Shown: positions 1 through 13,900 of the stretch, one piece after another
Layout of the letters: the number at the start of each line of letters is the position of its first letter
How positions within the stretch are numbered: position 1 is the first letter of the stretch
Source of the DNA: Podarcis muralis
Lineage: Eukaryota
Direction of reading: 5' to 3'
Length of the DNA stretch: 64,000 nt
NCBI RefSeq assembly: GCF_964188315.1
Contig: NC_135661.1
Span: forward strand, 44,826,001 to 44,890,000
The notes under the pieces: model-generated
What the model saw: only the letters and a program-made list of their open reading frames with translations
Databases searched by the model: none
Told to the model about the DNA's origin: nothing
Program-made: the position numbers and the translations under genes

Positions 1-1226
1 AGTGTGGGAAATATAGCTTATTAGACCTTTAAATGTCCAAGTGTTAAGTGCTTACTGTTCTCTTCTCCCTCTAGCTTTCTCAGAGTGAATAGACCACAAA
101 CTTTAGTAAGTTTAAATGCTTTACTTACAGTAAACACATGTCTCACTCATGCATTGTTCAATACAACAGCAGAAACAACACAGGCAGTATATTATTGATT
201 ACAAAAGGCAAACACTAATCTCAAACATGCGGCCTAAGTCTCAAACATCTGCTCAGCTTACATGGTTCAACAGAAGAAGGAGAGGAACAAGAAAAAGACA
301 ATACTTATTCTCAAATGTGAGGGGGTGTGACCTATCTGTCCCTTCTCTAGTAATTTACAGCTCTGTGGTCTTTAACCCCTTCATTTACTAACTAGCATAG
401 GTGTGCATTGTTAGCTTTGACTGCAAACAACTCCCACAATAATTACCCAGTTGAAATGGACAATGACTTGGCCATAGAAAACATGGAGGTTACCAACTTG
501 GCTCATGTCAGTGGTAACCAAAAATCCAATTGTACTTATAGAACAGATGATAGCAGCAGCTGTAAAAACCAGACATGAAACCAATAAGCCCCTAAGTAGG
601 ATGCAACATAACAATTTCCCCCAACCAGGCACCCTCCAGATGTTTTGAATCACAACTTACATCTGTACTAGCTGGGGTGGGAGGGAGCTATAGTACAAAA
701 CATCTGGAGGACACCAATTTGTGGAAGGCTAGAACAGAGAATTATGCCTAAATAATTGCACCAACGAGGTCTACCTTATTTGCCATTTTTGTCTTTTCCT
801 TTACGTAGATCTGCTAATGAGAGGTAGTTGCTTAAGTCCTTTTACCACCTTCCAGAGTTACACTTTTATCCTCTGTGGTTTGATGTCTTATGGAGTAGAT
901 TAAACCTTTTCTCAAGCCAGTTACTGTCCTTGTTCCTGTGGAATACTCTGGCAGAAAGCAGAAACTTCCTCTGACATACCAAATAAATAGTGTCTTATTA
1001 CTAATAAGAGTGGTTCTGGGGCATGATCCTGCTGGAAATCATTCCATCAGCAACATCCTATACATGTGCTCAGGGCCCTTCAAAGGCAACAAATTTCTGT
1101 CATGGATAAGCGGACATAAGGGAGAAGTGGTTGACTGAGCCAGGTAAGGAGAAGAGATGGCAGACTATTTTTCTTTCTGATGATAATGCTGCTGACCTTT
1201 GTCTCTTTGATGTTTACTTCTCAAAA

Positions 1227-1228
<2 letters not shown>

Positions 1229-1276
<48 letters not shown>
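1229..1276. repeat. (CT)24 microsatellite
   Basis: Uninterrupted CT dinucleotide run read directly from the sequence. Confidence 0.97.
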
Positions 1277-1279
<3 letters not shown>

Positions 1280-1779
1280 GTTCTTATTCCTTAAGTAAAG
1301 ATTATTTCCCTCTGCTTGTTAAAGCACAGCCTTTAAACCAACGATTCTCTGCAGCAACCTTAACTATGTCCCTGCCCTTCCTTCTTGTTCACAGTTAAGC
1401 ATGTGGTCTTATGACAGAGAAGGATTGATGGAATTTGGCATTTGGGCTGAGGATCATGACCATTGTCAACTTTGTCATACAGAAGAAACTTCTCTGGCTA
1501 AACCTTTAAGCCCACTTTCTCATTCCTTCACATGCAAACTCCTCCATCTTGCCTGTGAGTCCTGGATGTCCTGATCCCTCCCTTGCAGACTTTTTCCCCA
1601 CCTGGCCTGGGAGGGTGGGCCCCTGACTGACTCTAGCTACAAAAGCTGAGGCTTCACAAAATATTATTGGGCTGAGGTATGGGGGGGGGGGGCTTGCTCT
1701 TGGTTTTTCGTATCTTTATTTTAGATCTTGTTGTGATTTATGTGGACATTGTTCTGTTTGGTTCTGTTCTGTGAATTTT

Positions 1780-1905
1780 TAAATGTTTTGTTTATTGTTC
1801 ATGGTTTTTGTTATGTTGTAATCACATATTCATGTTGTAAACCGCCTTGAGCGTGGTTTGAACTGTGGAAAGGCCGCATGCAAATAAAACTATGTATGTA
1901 TGCAT
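1780..1905 (+). mobile_element. LINE (L2/CR1-type) 3' tail fragment
   Basis: T-rich tract followed by TTGTAAACCGCCTTGAG...GCAAATAAAAC and a (TATG)n tail, the usual layout of squamate LINE 3' ends. Family assigned from pattern recall. Confidence 0.5.
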
Positions 1906-4900
1906 GTAGCTTACTCTCCCATGTTGCCTTTATTGATGCCAATAATTGCATAGCTGTTACCCACAGTAGGGCCTAGAAAACGCTCTTGATTCTCTCCAGG
2001 CAGGGATAGTTTCATACAGCAGCAGCCACGAGGCACTTGGCACCCAGTATATGTGCTCACCAGTGTGCCCCTTGTAATTTTCCTTTTGGGAGGGTGGGGT
2101 CACTTCCTATGACCCCCTCCCTCCCGCCCGCTTTTACAGTAACTCCTGCAGAAGGCCAGGCACACAAGACCTCAGCAATGTGTGGGTCCTGGGCCTGGAA
2201 TGTTTTCTTTCATCTCTAATCGCTGCACTGAGGCTCATAAATCATGTAGCCAAGACAACAAGTAAAAACATGACTGTAATTTGTTTCTTCCTGGCCCATT
2301 TTTGGCACAGCAAAACCAGAGACTTTCTTGGCTGGGAATGATGATGACACCATGACAGAAGGCGAGTGAGTGGACATCAACCTGGTGACTCTTCCCCCAC
2401 CTTCCCTGCTTTCTTTTTAGAGGTGCCAGGAGGTAGTAGGATGCTGACAGTTATCTCACTGCTGACCATGCTGGATAGAGAATAACACAATTAGCAACCG
2501 GATTGTGTGTGCGTGCCACTTCTTTGGGGGAAAGAACGTCATATTCATGTGTGTTTATTGTCACAAAAGGCACCTGATCAGATGGTGGAAACAAAGTTTT
2601 CAGATAAACAAATTAATATTTTTTAATTTTTTCCTTTTGGAGATTGGAGGCAAAACAGGCCTGGTGGTGCAAGAAGTTTATGGATTGAAAAAAAAGTTAT
2701 GTTTTACATGATTGTCCTTATTTATATCACATCCGCAGCAATCCTCTGCAGAATTAAGTGGAAGCAAACCTCACTGAACACAGTTACCGGTATATTGACT
2801 TTGAGGCAAACATCCATGGGAATGGGCCACTGGATCCTAATTTCCTGAACCACAGGTGACATGTTCCTGCTCCTAAGTAGTTTAGTGTATGAGTTCAAAA
2901 CTGTCTCCCATGAATACATAACAATTGATTGACTGTATTGTGATGGGCCACCTCATCCAGAACTGTTTCACGAAGTGGCTCTGGGAAGCTCTCAGATCAG
3001 AGCTGACAGAAAGCACCATCCCATGTCTGTCTCAAGCAAGTACACTCAGGCATTGACATCTGGCCACCCCATTAGCCTCAAGGCTTCACCACCGGATGCC
3101 ACCAGATGTTGTGGACATGGCTCTCATAAGCCCCAGCATCATATCGCCATACTGCCTGGGGTTCATGGGAGCTGAAGTCAGAAACTTCTGGAGAGTGACA
3201 GGCTGGCAAAGGCTGTCCTAGTGTAAGCAATGCCACCACTTGAATGGGCTGTGCTGTTGGGCCAGTGCTACACAATCCCACATAATTCTTCAGTTACTAT
3301 TAAAAAGAAAAGAAAAAAGATAGAAACTGGTGTTTTTTCCCCTGAGAATGCCACTGCCTTTATGAGAACAGAGTTTCTACCCAAATCCTAGTTGGGAGTC
3401 CTGGGAAATAAAGGCTTGGGATGTGTGTGACTTACTCATTTCTGACTAGCCTGATAAGACCCAAGATGGACCCCACCACTGTTGTCTTCCTCCTACCCCT
3501 TTCCCTCAGTGGCTGTCAAAGAATATGAAGGGGGAGGGAATTCCACAGATCTCTCTTGGGCCTCAGCTGAAACTCCCCATTCCATAGCTCACTGGAAGAA
3601 GAATGAGGAAAAACACATACTTATACCAGAGCCTGCCAAATGGAAAATTATAAAACAGTGGGGAGAGGAGCGTGATTGACACACAAATAAATAACACTTA
3701 GAATGAGACACATTGTTTAAAAAGAAGGGAAGTTTTCTTTTCGCTCCATTCCTACTGCAGAAGTTATTACAAGCTACAGCTGACATCTTGACAAAGTTGT
3801 TGGATCCAGTATGTCCCATTGAGTTCAGTGGACCTGCTCTTATGACTGTCTGGATCCAGCACCTTATTTGCTGCCAATAGCTACGGCTGCTCTCTCCAAC
3901 TCTTTTTCTGCATAACATGAACTGGTGAAAATGTGCCTCTTTTAGCTTGATAGATAGTGGTATAATGGTAAATTCTGTAGTACAAGAGCACATCTTGACA
4001 CAGATAAATTTATAAGTGATGAGAATAAGGTGGTGCAGTCGGGGCAGAGTGAGGCAGCTGCCTCAGACAGCAGGGTGGGCAACAAAAGAGGCAAGTGGAG
4101 CTCTCAGAGGGTGAGCTTGGTCTGGCAGATGACCATCTTCTGGAGTAGAAACAAGCCTTTTTCATACTCTGTCTTTCTAATTTACACATGATGGGCAAGC
4201 AATTCCATTGGTGGGCATTTAGCCCTCTTGGTACCCCACCCTTCCCCAGTGCCACCTAGATCCCAGAGATTTTATAGCATAAAGGAAGGAAGGCAACACC
4301 TCTGCTATCTTTGTTATCTGCAAACAGAACATGCAGCCCCCAGAAAGGGAAATACAACAACCTTTCAAACATTAATTAAAAAGTAATTCCCAACTACAGC
4401 ATTTGAAGCTTTCATGATTTGCAATTGCACATTTAATATAAAAAATACACTTTTCCAACAGGACTAGATATGACAATGCTGCAAGCAAGCTATTTCTGGA
4501 ACTCCGCAAGGCTATAGAAATGCAAAGAAGCTCACATTGAATTTTAAACGGATATTTTGCTTGTGTAGTAAGAGCACGGTTAGGATCTCTTTAAGCGGGT
4601 GACAGCAGGTGTTTATTTTAAATGCAGAACAGGTAATTTATTGGTGTTCCACCCATGTGCTCTGTTCCCTGCGGGTATCCGCCCTGGCCAAGGATAGTGT
4701 TCATGATTCATGTAATAAAACCAGTTTAACAAACCCGTTCTGGTGCCCAAGGTGAAAGAGTCCTACACGTGAGGTGTTTCACCATGTTTAAATGGCTGTT
4801 CCACTGTCATTACAGCCTTTTGGAAGCATAACAATGTGACAACTTTCCCCAAAGACTTTTTGAAAGATCTGTTAGTTGTGCCGAACTACAGCCTAACAGC

Positions 4901-5134
4901 AACCTCCAGTATGTGAATAGTCCAGCATCATGTTCATGATGAAGAAGGTGGACATCCTTACCCGCTGGATCCATGATGTGACTTGTATTGTTTTTGATGT
5001 TTTAATCTTCTTATTGACTTCATGTAATTTCGAGTCAGTATTTTGCTACACCCTGCTCTGGGATTATTTTAGTGAAGAGCATAATATTTCCCCATCCCTG
5101 AGCTAAGCCCTGAATGTTATAGGAAGTGTGTGCC

Positions 5135-5170
<36 letters not shown>

Positions 5171-5330
5171 TCATTTATTTATTTATATCCCGCCCATCTG
5201 GCTAGGTTTCCCCAGCCATTCTGGGCGGCTTCCAACAAAATATTAAAAATACATTAAAACATCAGTCAAATAATAATTATAATGCCTGTTTTGTAGCAAT
5301 AAACTCTGCCCAAGCAGGTCTCTGGCCATT
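5135..5330 (-). mobile_element. LINE 3' end with (AAT)12 tail
   Basis: (AAT)12 at 5135-5170 abuts TTTATTTATATCCCGCCCATCTGGCTAGGTTTCCCCAGCCATTCTGGGCGGCTTCCAAC, a common squamate LINE terminus in reverse orientation. Confidence 0.6.
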
Positions 5331-6808
5331 ACTCCCTTCATACCTACGACCAGACTAGACTCAAGCTGGGGGAAACCAACCATGATGCCGTTCATCTGTT
5401 GGCCAGAGCCAAGGCTAAACGGGTTAACCGTCAAGCCTTTGCTGGATTGCCAAGAGAGGAATCATCACCCGGTTCCTAGTCCTGCTCTTCAGCACCCTCT
5501 CGTGGGATATGTACACACAGCAGCTTAAAGTGGATTCAGTGCATCCACACATTGTCCTCATCCAAATGGCAGCCTGAATCCTACCCACAGCTGCTTTAAT
5601 TTGGATTTCCCCAATATACAGATAACGCAGCAAAGGATATAAAGAAAATTTCATATGGGGGAAAAAGGCCAACATTGTGTGGACGAGTATTTTTATTATA
5701 AAAAAAACCTGGTGATGTTTTTTCTGGATGCCCTCTATTAATACCCTCTGTTACTAAGTCCTGTACTTTCATTGGCAAACTGCCTCCATGGGCCTGAGGC
5801 AAGACACTCACTTTTTAAAAAACCCACTGTTTTGTGCACGTGTGGTATATCAGAAAACTCTTATCTCAAAAATTAAAACAAATTGCCCAGTTCACAATGG
5901 GCCTCAGTTTTCCAGAACTCAGGGAGGATGGAGAATAACTAATTAAGTGAAAGGAACAGCAACAGGTTGATTTGGGTAGACAACCTGTTTATTGAACATT
6001 CTTCCTGATTTGTTTGTGGGAGGTTGTATGATACCTTATCAAGCATTTTTTTTATACCACACTCTCCAGGGCATTGCCCCGGCGCTTTCCTTACTGCAAA
6101 AATCCTTTTTTATTTGGAAGCAGCTTTCTTGTGTAAGAGGGCCCAATCCACTGGAACTGCACCACCTCAATTTGCCAGGAATGTATTTAATCCCACGCAC
6201 AAAACAGTAACAGCCTGGAAGTGGTCTCATGCTGGAGACAGGTAATTAATAAAAAATAGTAGTAGTAGTAGTAATAATAATAATAATAATAATTTTATTA
6301 TTTACACCCTTCCCATCTTGAACCATTAATGGTGTTTGTACTCAATTCTTTCCTTCTACTCTTGTCTCTGGTTGACCAGGTTTGCCAGGTTTTTGAAAGG
6401 GGGGGGGGAATAAAAACCTTGTTTACTAAAAGCAAGGTGAGTACAGTCAAAAAAATTTACCTGCCTCCAGCTCCAGCCTGTTGTTGTCACAGGTTCTGTT
6501 GTTTTGCAAACCACACTTCCTCAGCCAGATGCATTCCTAGCCTTCCCTTCCTGCAAATGTCAGACTGGGGAGCCAATGCGAGAGCAACAAACCTGGGAGT
6601 GAGGAGGAGGAGAACATGGCAGCACAGTGAGAGAAGCAGGAGCAATTGGTATCAGATCGACCTCATAACATTTTGGAGGGCATTATTTTATACTAATTGA
6701 TAGGAAAACATACTTTTGAGGGTAACTTTAATTATTTAACAAAACCCACATGCCACTTGATTGTAATAAAATATCTAAGTGGTTAATTAAAATTAAAGTC
6801 AAACAATA

Positions 6809-7152
6809 AGGTAAAGGTACCCCTGACCATTAGGTCCAGTCGTGACCGGCTCATCTTACTCTATGGGCCGAGGGAGCCGGCGTTTGTCCGCAGACAGCTT
6901 CCGGGTCATGTGGCCAGCATGACTAAGCTGCTTCTGGCGAACCAGAGCAGCGCACGGAAACGCCGTTTACCTTCCCGCTAGAGCGGTTCCTATTTATCTA
7001 CTTGCACTTTGACGTGCTTTCGAACTGCTAGGTTGGCAGGAGCAGGGACCGAGCAACGGGAGCTCAGCCCATCGCGGGGATTCGAACCACCGACCTTCTG
7101 ATCGGCAAGTCCTAGGCTCTGTGGTTTAAACCACAGCACCACCCGCGTCCCT
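6809..7152 (-). mobile_element. Sauria SINE (Squam1, lacertid type), full length with 13-bp TSD
   Basis: Minus strand begins GGGACGCGGGTGGTGCTGTGGTTTAAACCACAGAGCCTAGGACTTGCCGATCAGAAGGTCGGTGGTTCGAATCC (tRNA-like head with B-box) and ends in an ACCTTTACCTT tail. Direct repeat AAGTCAAACAATA at 6796-6808 and 7153-7165. Confidence 0.92.
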
Positions 7153-7908
7153 AAGTCAAACAATAGGAGACTGTTAAAAACAGGAATTAAAAACATTCAA
7201 AAGATAATGTTCCTGTGTGCTGGTGGAGATCTTGAATTTCACTCAGATTTCTACAGCAGAGCTGTTGCTATCTAACCACTGTGATCAAAGAAGTGCATTC
7301 AATATTTGAGGCTGAAAGCAGGAGTTTCTCCCCAGAAAGGCTGCTGTGTGTTTGGACTATATTTTTAAAGGGAAACAACATGCAATAATGCAAAACAGCC
7401 CTGAAGATGCTTTGGTGCCCTGAAGATGCTTTGGACTACAATTCCCATCAGTTCTAGTATCACAAGATTGTGCCAGGTGGGGACTAGGGGAGTGGTAGTC
7501 CAAAGGGTACCGGCTTGGACAAGGCTGGTATGCATAATTTTAAAGAGAGAATAAAGTAGAGAAGCTTTCTCTGGTGATGGTGTCCACACTCTGTTTAAGA
7601 TGGCAAAAAATAATGTCAAATTTCACTGGAACCTATTTCCAAAAAGATTGCAGATGTAAGCTATTCCTATGTGCCCTCCCCACCGCAATCTTGGCCCACA
7701 AGCTTTGTCATCCTCCTCTTCCTCCTAGAGTCAAATTTCCCTGCCCAGTGTTTGTGGAAGCTGCCCAGCTGCCCCCTTGATTTTCATGGGCAAATAGAGA
7801 CACCGGGAGGGCTTGGCCTCTTCCTTCTCTTGTGTTTCATGTGGGCTTCTAGCCAGAGGAGCAAGCAGAGCCCTGCTGGGACCATCTTGCCTATCCTGCC
7901 AGACTGAG

Positions 7909-10900
7909 ATGGCGCTAAGGCCACAGGCAGCTCCCGGCTTAGCCCTGCTGCTCTGGGCCCTGTGCAGGACTGCTGTGCCTGTCACCACGCCTGAGGCTGT
8001 GCTAAGGGAGCACCAGGGACATTGCTACCAGCTTGCCCAGGAAAGACTGGCCTTTGAGGATGCCCAGGCTGCCTGCGGCCGATGGGGAGGGCACTTGGCA
8101 CAGGTCCCTTGGGAGCTGACAGGGATGTGGGGTGCTCTGAGAAGGAGGAGGGGACAGCTGAGAGGGCCCTCTGGGGTCTGGTGGGTCTCCAAGGGCCCAA
8201 CCAAGCCTGTGGTGGCAGGTAAGTCAGTCCTGTGTGGGCACCTGAGAGGGCTGGGCAGAGGCGGGGAGTGGTTTCTACTCCAGAAGGTGGAGGGTGCGTC
8301 CTGGTTTCTATCACAAAGGCCAGGTCTTGGAGTCCCTGTCCCTTTACACAGCTGGCTTGGCTGTGGTTAAAGGCTGGGATTTGGGGAGCCACATTGAGGG
8401 GCAGGGTGTGAAGGTGGGGGGCACTGTGCTGCAGAGAGCTGGCTCTTTTGCTTGTAGTGTAGAATTCTGCTTATTTTAATCTGCTCTGTCAAGAGCACAC
8501 CACCCCGCTTTGCCTACTGTGGTCAGATCTTACAAGAGGGCAAGGCCCTTGCCCTGCCCAGCTTACCACCATGCCCATGGCGGCCTCTTGTGTCTTTGCC
8601 CAGGAGCCCAGCCTCATCTGCATGGGGCTCACCAGCCCCCCACTTGCACCTTCCTCTCCAACCTGGGCCTGCTGCAGGAGGCTACCGGGCCCACCTGCCG
8701 CCAGAGGCATCCTTTCATCTGCGAATTTGGTGAGAGACCAGCTGGGCTGCCAGGGTGTGATCGTGACACCCCCACCCCAACCCATCCCTGAGGACAGAGA
8801 TTGGTCCTCCTGACCCAGGAGGGGCTCCCTTTCAGGATGGTCTTTTTTGCAGGTCCTGTGGAGGGAGGTGAATGCCCAGTCAAAGCGGCCAGGAGTGCCA
8901 ACAGCTCCAGGCCTTGGCAAAAACAGAAGGCTCGGCTGGTAGGTGATGGTGGCCAGTTCTCTTCCCTCCAAGTCCAAAGCAAATAGGCTTTCCCTCCTGC
9001 TGCCTGAAACCAAACTCCAGCGGATGCACCAAGGCAGAGGATGGGGGGGGGGGCAATAAAAACAGCCTGTCTGCTACCTCTTAGCCACCCTCCAGACAAT
9101 TCCTTTGGGCATGATTCCTGGGCAAGCTCCTAACAGGGAACCCTTTGCCCTGCCCCTTCCAAAAAAGCCTATTGGGTGACATATCCTACCTGGCACAGTG
9201 GCACTACTCTGTCCCACTCTTTTTTCTCTGTCTGCCACCAGGATCTGACCTCCATGGGGCGGAGGCCACAAAGGCTCATGCGGCGGTATCTGGGTGATAA
9301 GCAGAAGTACCCAGGTGATGTGGGGATTTATTGATTTCTGAAATAATGTATTGAAGAGTAGGTCATCTGCAAGTATAAGCAATTGTGAGAGGCTGATGAT
9401 CTTGGGTCATTCTGCTCATTTTAACAAACCCTTTAAATGCCCTAAAATAATATTTGTGGGGCTGAAAGGGGTATTTTATCTAATTTCACATAGACCATCT
9501 TTTCAAAAAGATTGTAGATGTCAGCACAACCAAAAGATATGCTTTCAACCTGCCTGTACAGAATTACAACTCCAACATTTACCAATGGTATTTGTTTAAG
9601 CTATGCCCAAGGGGCAAGTTACCCGTGATTAACTGTTTTTAACAAGTTTTATTTCAGATAAACTTTTATTACCATGTTCTACCTCCTCAATGGAAAGGGC
9701 CTGAAGCAATGCTCAGTATGAAAATAAGCAACTGTAATAATGTAAAACCAGGAATATAACTAGTAGCCAATGGATCCCTTATCATGAGGCTGATCCTTTT
9801 GCCAGTCAGGGCAGTGGTTTTCCCCTGAAAGGAAGCAGCTTGTTGTTGAAACAGGGCCACCGCAAGAAGTTTGTGTTTATGGAGGCCAAAGTGCCTGTTT
9901 CTGTGTAGGGGGACCCTGAGGGGAGAAAAGACTCTTGCTCATACTTCTCCTTTTGCCTCCAGAGACATCAGCAATCAGGGAGGCCTTGCAGGTTGTAGTT
10001 CCCAGGACCTGGCAGCAGGTAAAAGAGCCCCACTGGGAGGGAGTATCTGGGGAGGGGACCCCCTTCAGCCCAGCCCCATTGAGGCCCACAGCAGAGCCAC
10101 CAACCTTCCTCTGGCTCAAGACAGCCAACCTCTCTTCTGGTGGTTAGCACAGGCCTTATGTAGGCCGGGAACCCCTTATTCAGTGGTCTGCCTTTGCCTG
10201 ACAGCATTTGAACCCAAACTCCTGATTCTGCCTACAGGAGCTGCTCCAGCGACTGACACTGCCGGTGAACAATGGTGCCTGGAGTGCCTTTGAGCTGGTA
10301 TGACTGGGCCCACGGGGAGGGCGGATGCCCCAGAAGGGACTGAGCCCCAACTCCAAAGGCTGTGTAGCTCCCATGGGAAACCTGAAGAAAGAGTCAGGCC
10401 AAGTCCTGAGAGGCTCTTTCCGCCAAGAGAGGTGATGGGGAACATTTCATGGAAGGAGTCGAGGGACCCCCATTAGTGCTGAGGGACTTGGGCAATGCAT
10501 GGGCATGGAGGAACATTAACATCATGTGCCTTTGCATGCCAGGAAGAGGAGGTGGGGTTTCTTCAGGCTGTCAGTGAGGACCTGCTGAAAAGGAGGCCTC
10601 CAGCCTCCCCACACTGGCACCTCCTCAACCTCCTGGCAGTCCATGGCACCAGCCGGCTCCTGCAGGTCATTCTGGGCCCCTGCTCACCCAACATCAACAT
10701 CCAGGTGAGAATATACCACACTCCAGGGTGCCCTGGTGGGGAGGGACAGGCAGGTGCATGGGTCCCTTCATCCCATATTGCCCCATCCCATATTGCCCAC
10801 TTCTCCCTCCAGCAGCATGAGGCCCTGACTGGCACCCTGATGCAGATCCTTCACAAGCTGGAGCAAGCTCTTCAGGAACTGGGGGGCAGCAGTGATGCCA

Positions 10901-13900
10901 TCACCATGGAGACGCCTCTCATCAGCATCTATACACACAGGTAAGCTACCAGGCTTGCAGCCACTGGGTGACAGGGAAGGTAGGAAGCTTGACTGGTCTG
11001 GGAAGGGAAGGGAAGGGAGAAAGATCTTGGCAGTAAGTGTCCAAGAGAAAAGGCCATGAGGTAGCCATCTGCCCTTCCCTTATCATGGCTGCTGGCTCAC
11101 ATTTGCCTGGCTGTCATGCAGATTGGCAGCTCTCCTGGGGCGCCCTGGTCCCGGGCACCATCTGCTGTGCCCTGGCTCTAACCCTAACTCTCTTTGTCTC
11201 CCTGGCTCAGGGTGAACTCTTCCAGGCTGGGCAATATGGCGTTCTCCTTCCCTGGCAACCCATGGGCAGCCAGAGTCATTTTGCCAGAGCAGTCTGTGCT
11301 GGGAGCCGTCATGCCACAGAATATCCCAGTGGATGTGCAGGTCAGAGGGTGCAGGAGTGTGTGGCTGGCCCTCTCCTTTGGACTGGGCACAGTGGCCTTC
11401 CCTTTCCATGAAACGGAAACTTTCCTCTGCCAACTGCTGCTACCCCAGGAGGAGGAGGAAGGCAGAGAGCACCCAGGCAAGGAGTCGCTTGCTGTGCTGT
11501 GGAATGCACTGGGGCCCAGCACTCAGAAGTGACTTGGCTCCTTCAGATCAGCCTGACGATGCACCCAGAGGCATCTTCCCTCCCTCCCTCTTCTGGAGCC
11601 TCATGCTTCTGGGTTGGACTCCAAACATTTCATGAAACCCCTTTGCCACACCCCTGCCACCAAGGTCCCCTGACTTGGCCCTACTCAATCTACCTACCCA
11701 GTGCTTCCAACATTAAGCAGCCATGTTTCCAAAAATGGGCAGCAGAGCGTGAGGAGGCGGGGAGGAGCGCCCAGCCATCCTGCCAAGTGTGGCCAAGCAG
11801 GCATGGCTGGTGGGGCAGGCCCCCTCAGCAGTGGCGCTGCCCTTTCTTCTTCTCTCCCTCTCTCTTTAGATGGTGAGCTTCCTGGGCAGCCCCTTTCCCC
11901 CGAGCTCTGAGCAAGGGGTCACAGGAGCTGTAGCTGAACTGAACCTCCTTTCTGAGGGCAGCCAGATCAGCGTTAGCAACCTGAGCACCCCTGTCCAGGT
12001 ATGTCCTGCCTAGAGACTTTGGGCTGAGTGGAGCCTTCCTCCCTGTAAGGGGGTGGGCTATTGAGCATCTCCAGAGGGCAAGGACAGCCCTCCAGGATCA
12101 TTTCTCATGGCAGGATCTCATGGTGTGGAGATCAGCTGGATTAGCCACCAGGTAGGCCAGCCGCTTAGCCTGGGAGAGCCTACAGTACAGGGTCTGGTCT
12201 CTCTGTCATCATCCTTCCCTCTCTCCCACCGCAGCTCACCTCCATCAGTGAGGTTGCCTCTGCTCCAGGTGAGAGCCTGAGGCAGCTGCTCATCTCACTG
12301 TGGTGGTGCAGTAGCATCCAGTGATATCCTGCTCTCTTTTCTCATCCCAGATTTTCCTGCCCCGGGTTGTGCCTACAGCCCCTGCCGAGTCAGCTGCCTT
12401 CCTCTCTCCAGGGGAGGCCCTCCTTCTGACTGCGAACGTGACATGGACAGGGGGGTCCCTGATGATCCACGCTCACCTGGGCCCTGTGGGGCCTCTGGAA
12501 CTCTTCCTGCAGCCAAGCGAGCAACTCCGGGAGCCCATTGAGCCCAACGTCGGCCTGGGTATAGCAGGGGGACAGAAGAGCTGGCTTCTGCTTCCACTTT
12601 CGGCCTGGGGAGTGTGAGGACCTCTTCCTAAAATGGTTTCCCTTTTGTGTTGCCCGCCCCCATCTCCTGCAGATGGCTACACTTGGCTAGTGAAGGAGGA
12701 AGTTCTTCGTGACCTGAGAGGAGCCCTTCAGTTCCTGGTGGTGCCGCTGAACCTCTCTGCCAGCCAGGGTCCTGCCACCTTACATGTCAGCACCTATGGG
12801 ATCCAGTGCGTCTCCCGGCACCTGCCTGATGCCCAGTGGCAAGAGGCAGGCTGCAAGGTGAGTCTTGGCGTTCAAGAAACAAGGGAATCTGGGTAGCTTG
12901 CGCTCCCTACTGCCGGAGGCAGGGAAGAATCAGAATCTGGTCCTTAAAAACACTTCTATCCCATTTCAAGGCCAGACTGCTGCTTCTTTATTTAAAGCAT
13001 CTGGATCTCTGTTTTGTGAGAAATATCCAATGTGATCTGCTGCCCAGAAGCACCCTTAATCCCACCCTGTTTGCAGGTAGGAGAGAGCAGCAGCCTGGCG
13101 GAAGTCCACTGCCTCTGCACCCACCTCTCCTTCTTTGGCAGCAGCTTCTGGGTGGCGCCAGTCCAGCTGGATGTGGTGCGCACAGCAGAGTACTTTAGCC
13201 AGGTGAACAAGAACCCGGTTCTGGTCGTGGTCCTGGGAGTCGTCTATGCCCTCTACTTGGTGGGGGTGGCCTGGGCCCGCTGGTTGGATACACGCCCCCT
13301 GCACCAGGTAAGTTGCTGGGGGGTGAGAGGGCCAGAGGTAAGGGGGGGGGGGTCTGGCAGCAAGCAGCACAAACCCACAGGCCCTTGGCAGCTCTTAGGT
13401 GGTGATACTCCCAGAAGGGCATGTCATTCAGCAACAGCCACCATTTGGAGACTTGAGCTCTTGGAGGGTTCTCCAGCTGCTCTCCCACGCCATGTGGAGA
13501 GGAAAGGACTCTGATCTCCTCACCCCCCCACCCCAAAAGGGTGTGGCTGGCTAGTGGCGGGGAAGGCTTCTTCTTTGCTACAAATGGTCATGACTGCATT
13601 TTGCTCTCTATAAACATACAGCTGAGTGAGATGCAGCTAACTCTGTTCTGTCTAACGATTCCATGTGGATTTAAGGTTTGCATATCTCTTTGCCAGCAAA
13701 AGAGATCCCCTTATTCTGGTCTTCACTGGGGCCAAGTGGGAAGGACAACTGTATGTATGGGGCTTCAGCACTCTCTGCTCTCCTGCGCTGCTCCGTGGCA
13801 GAGCATGACCCTAGAAACGCCACCCCTCACACCCCTCTCCCTCTCCCAGGCAGGGCCAGCCCTCCTGTCCGATGATGATCCCTGTGCCCAGTACGGCTAC

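Noticed and set aside
1-7800. Protein-coding exons (for example DHODH) in the first 7.8 kb
   Set aside because: Only short ORFs within repeat fragments; no recognisable motifs or CpG-island promoter.
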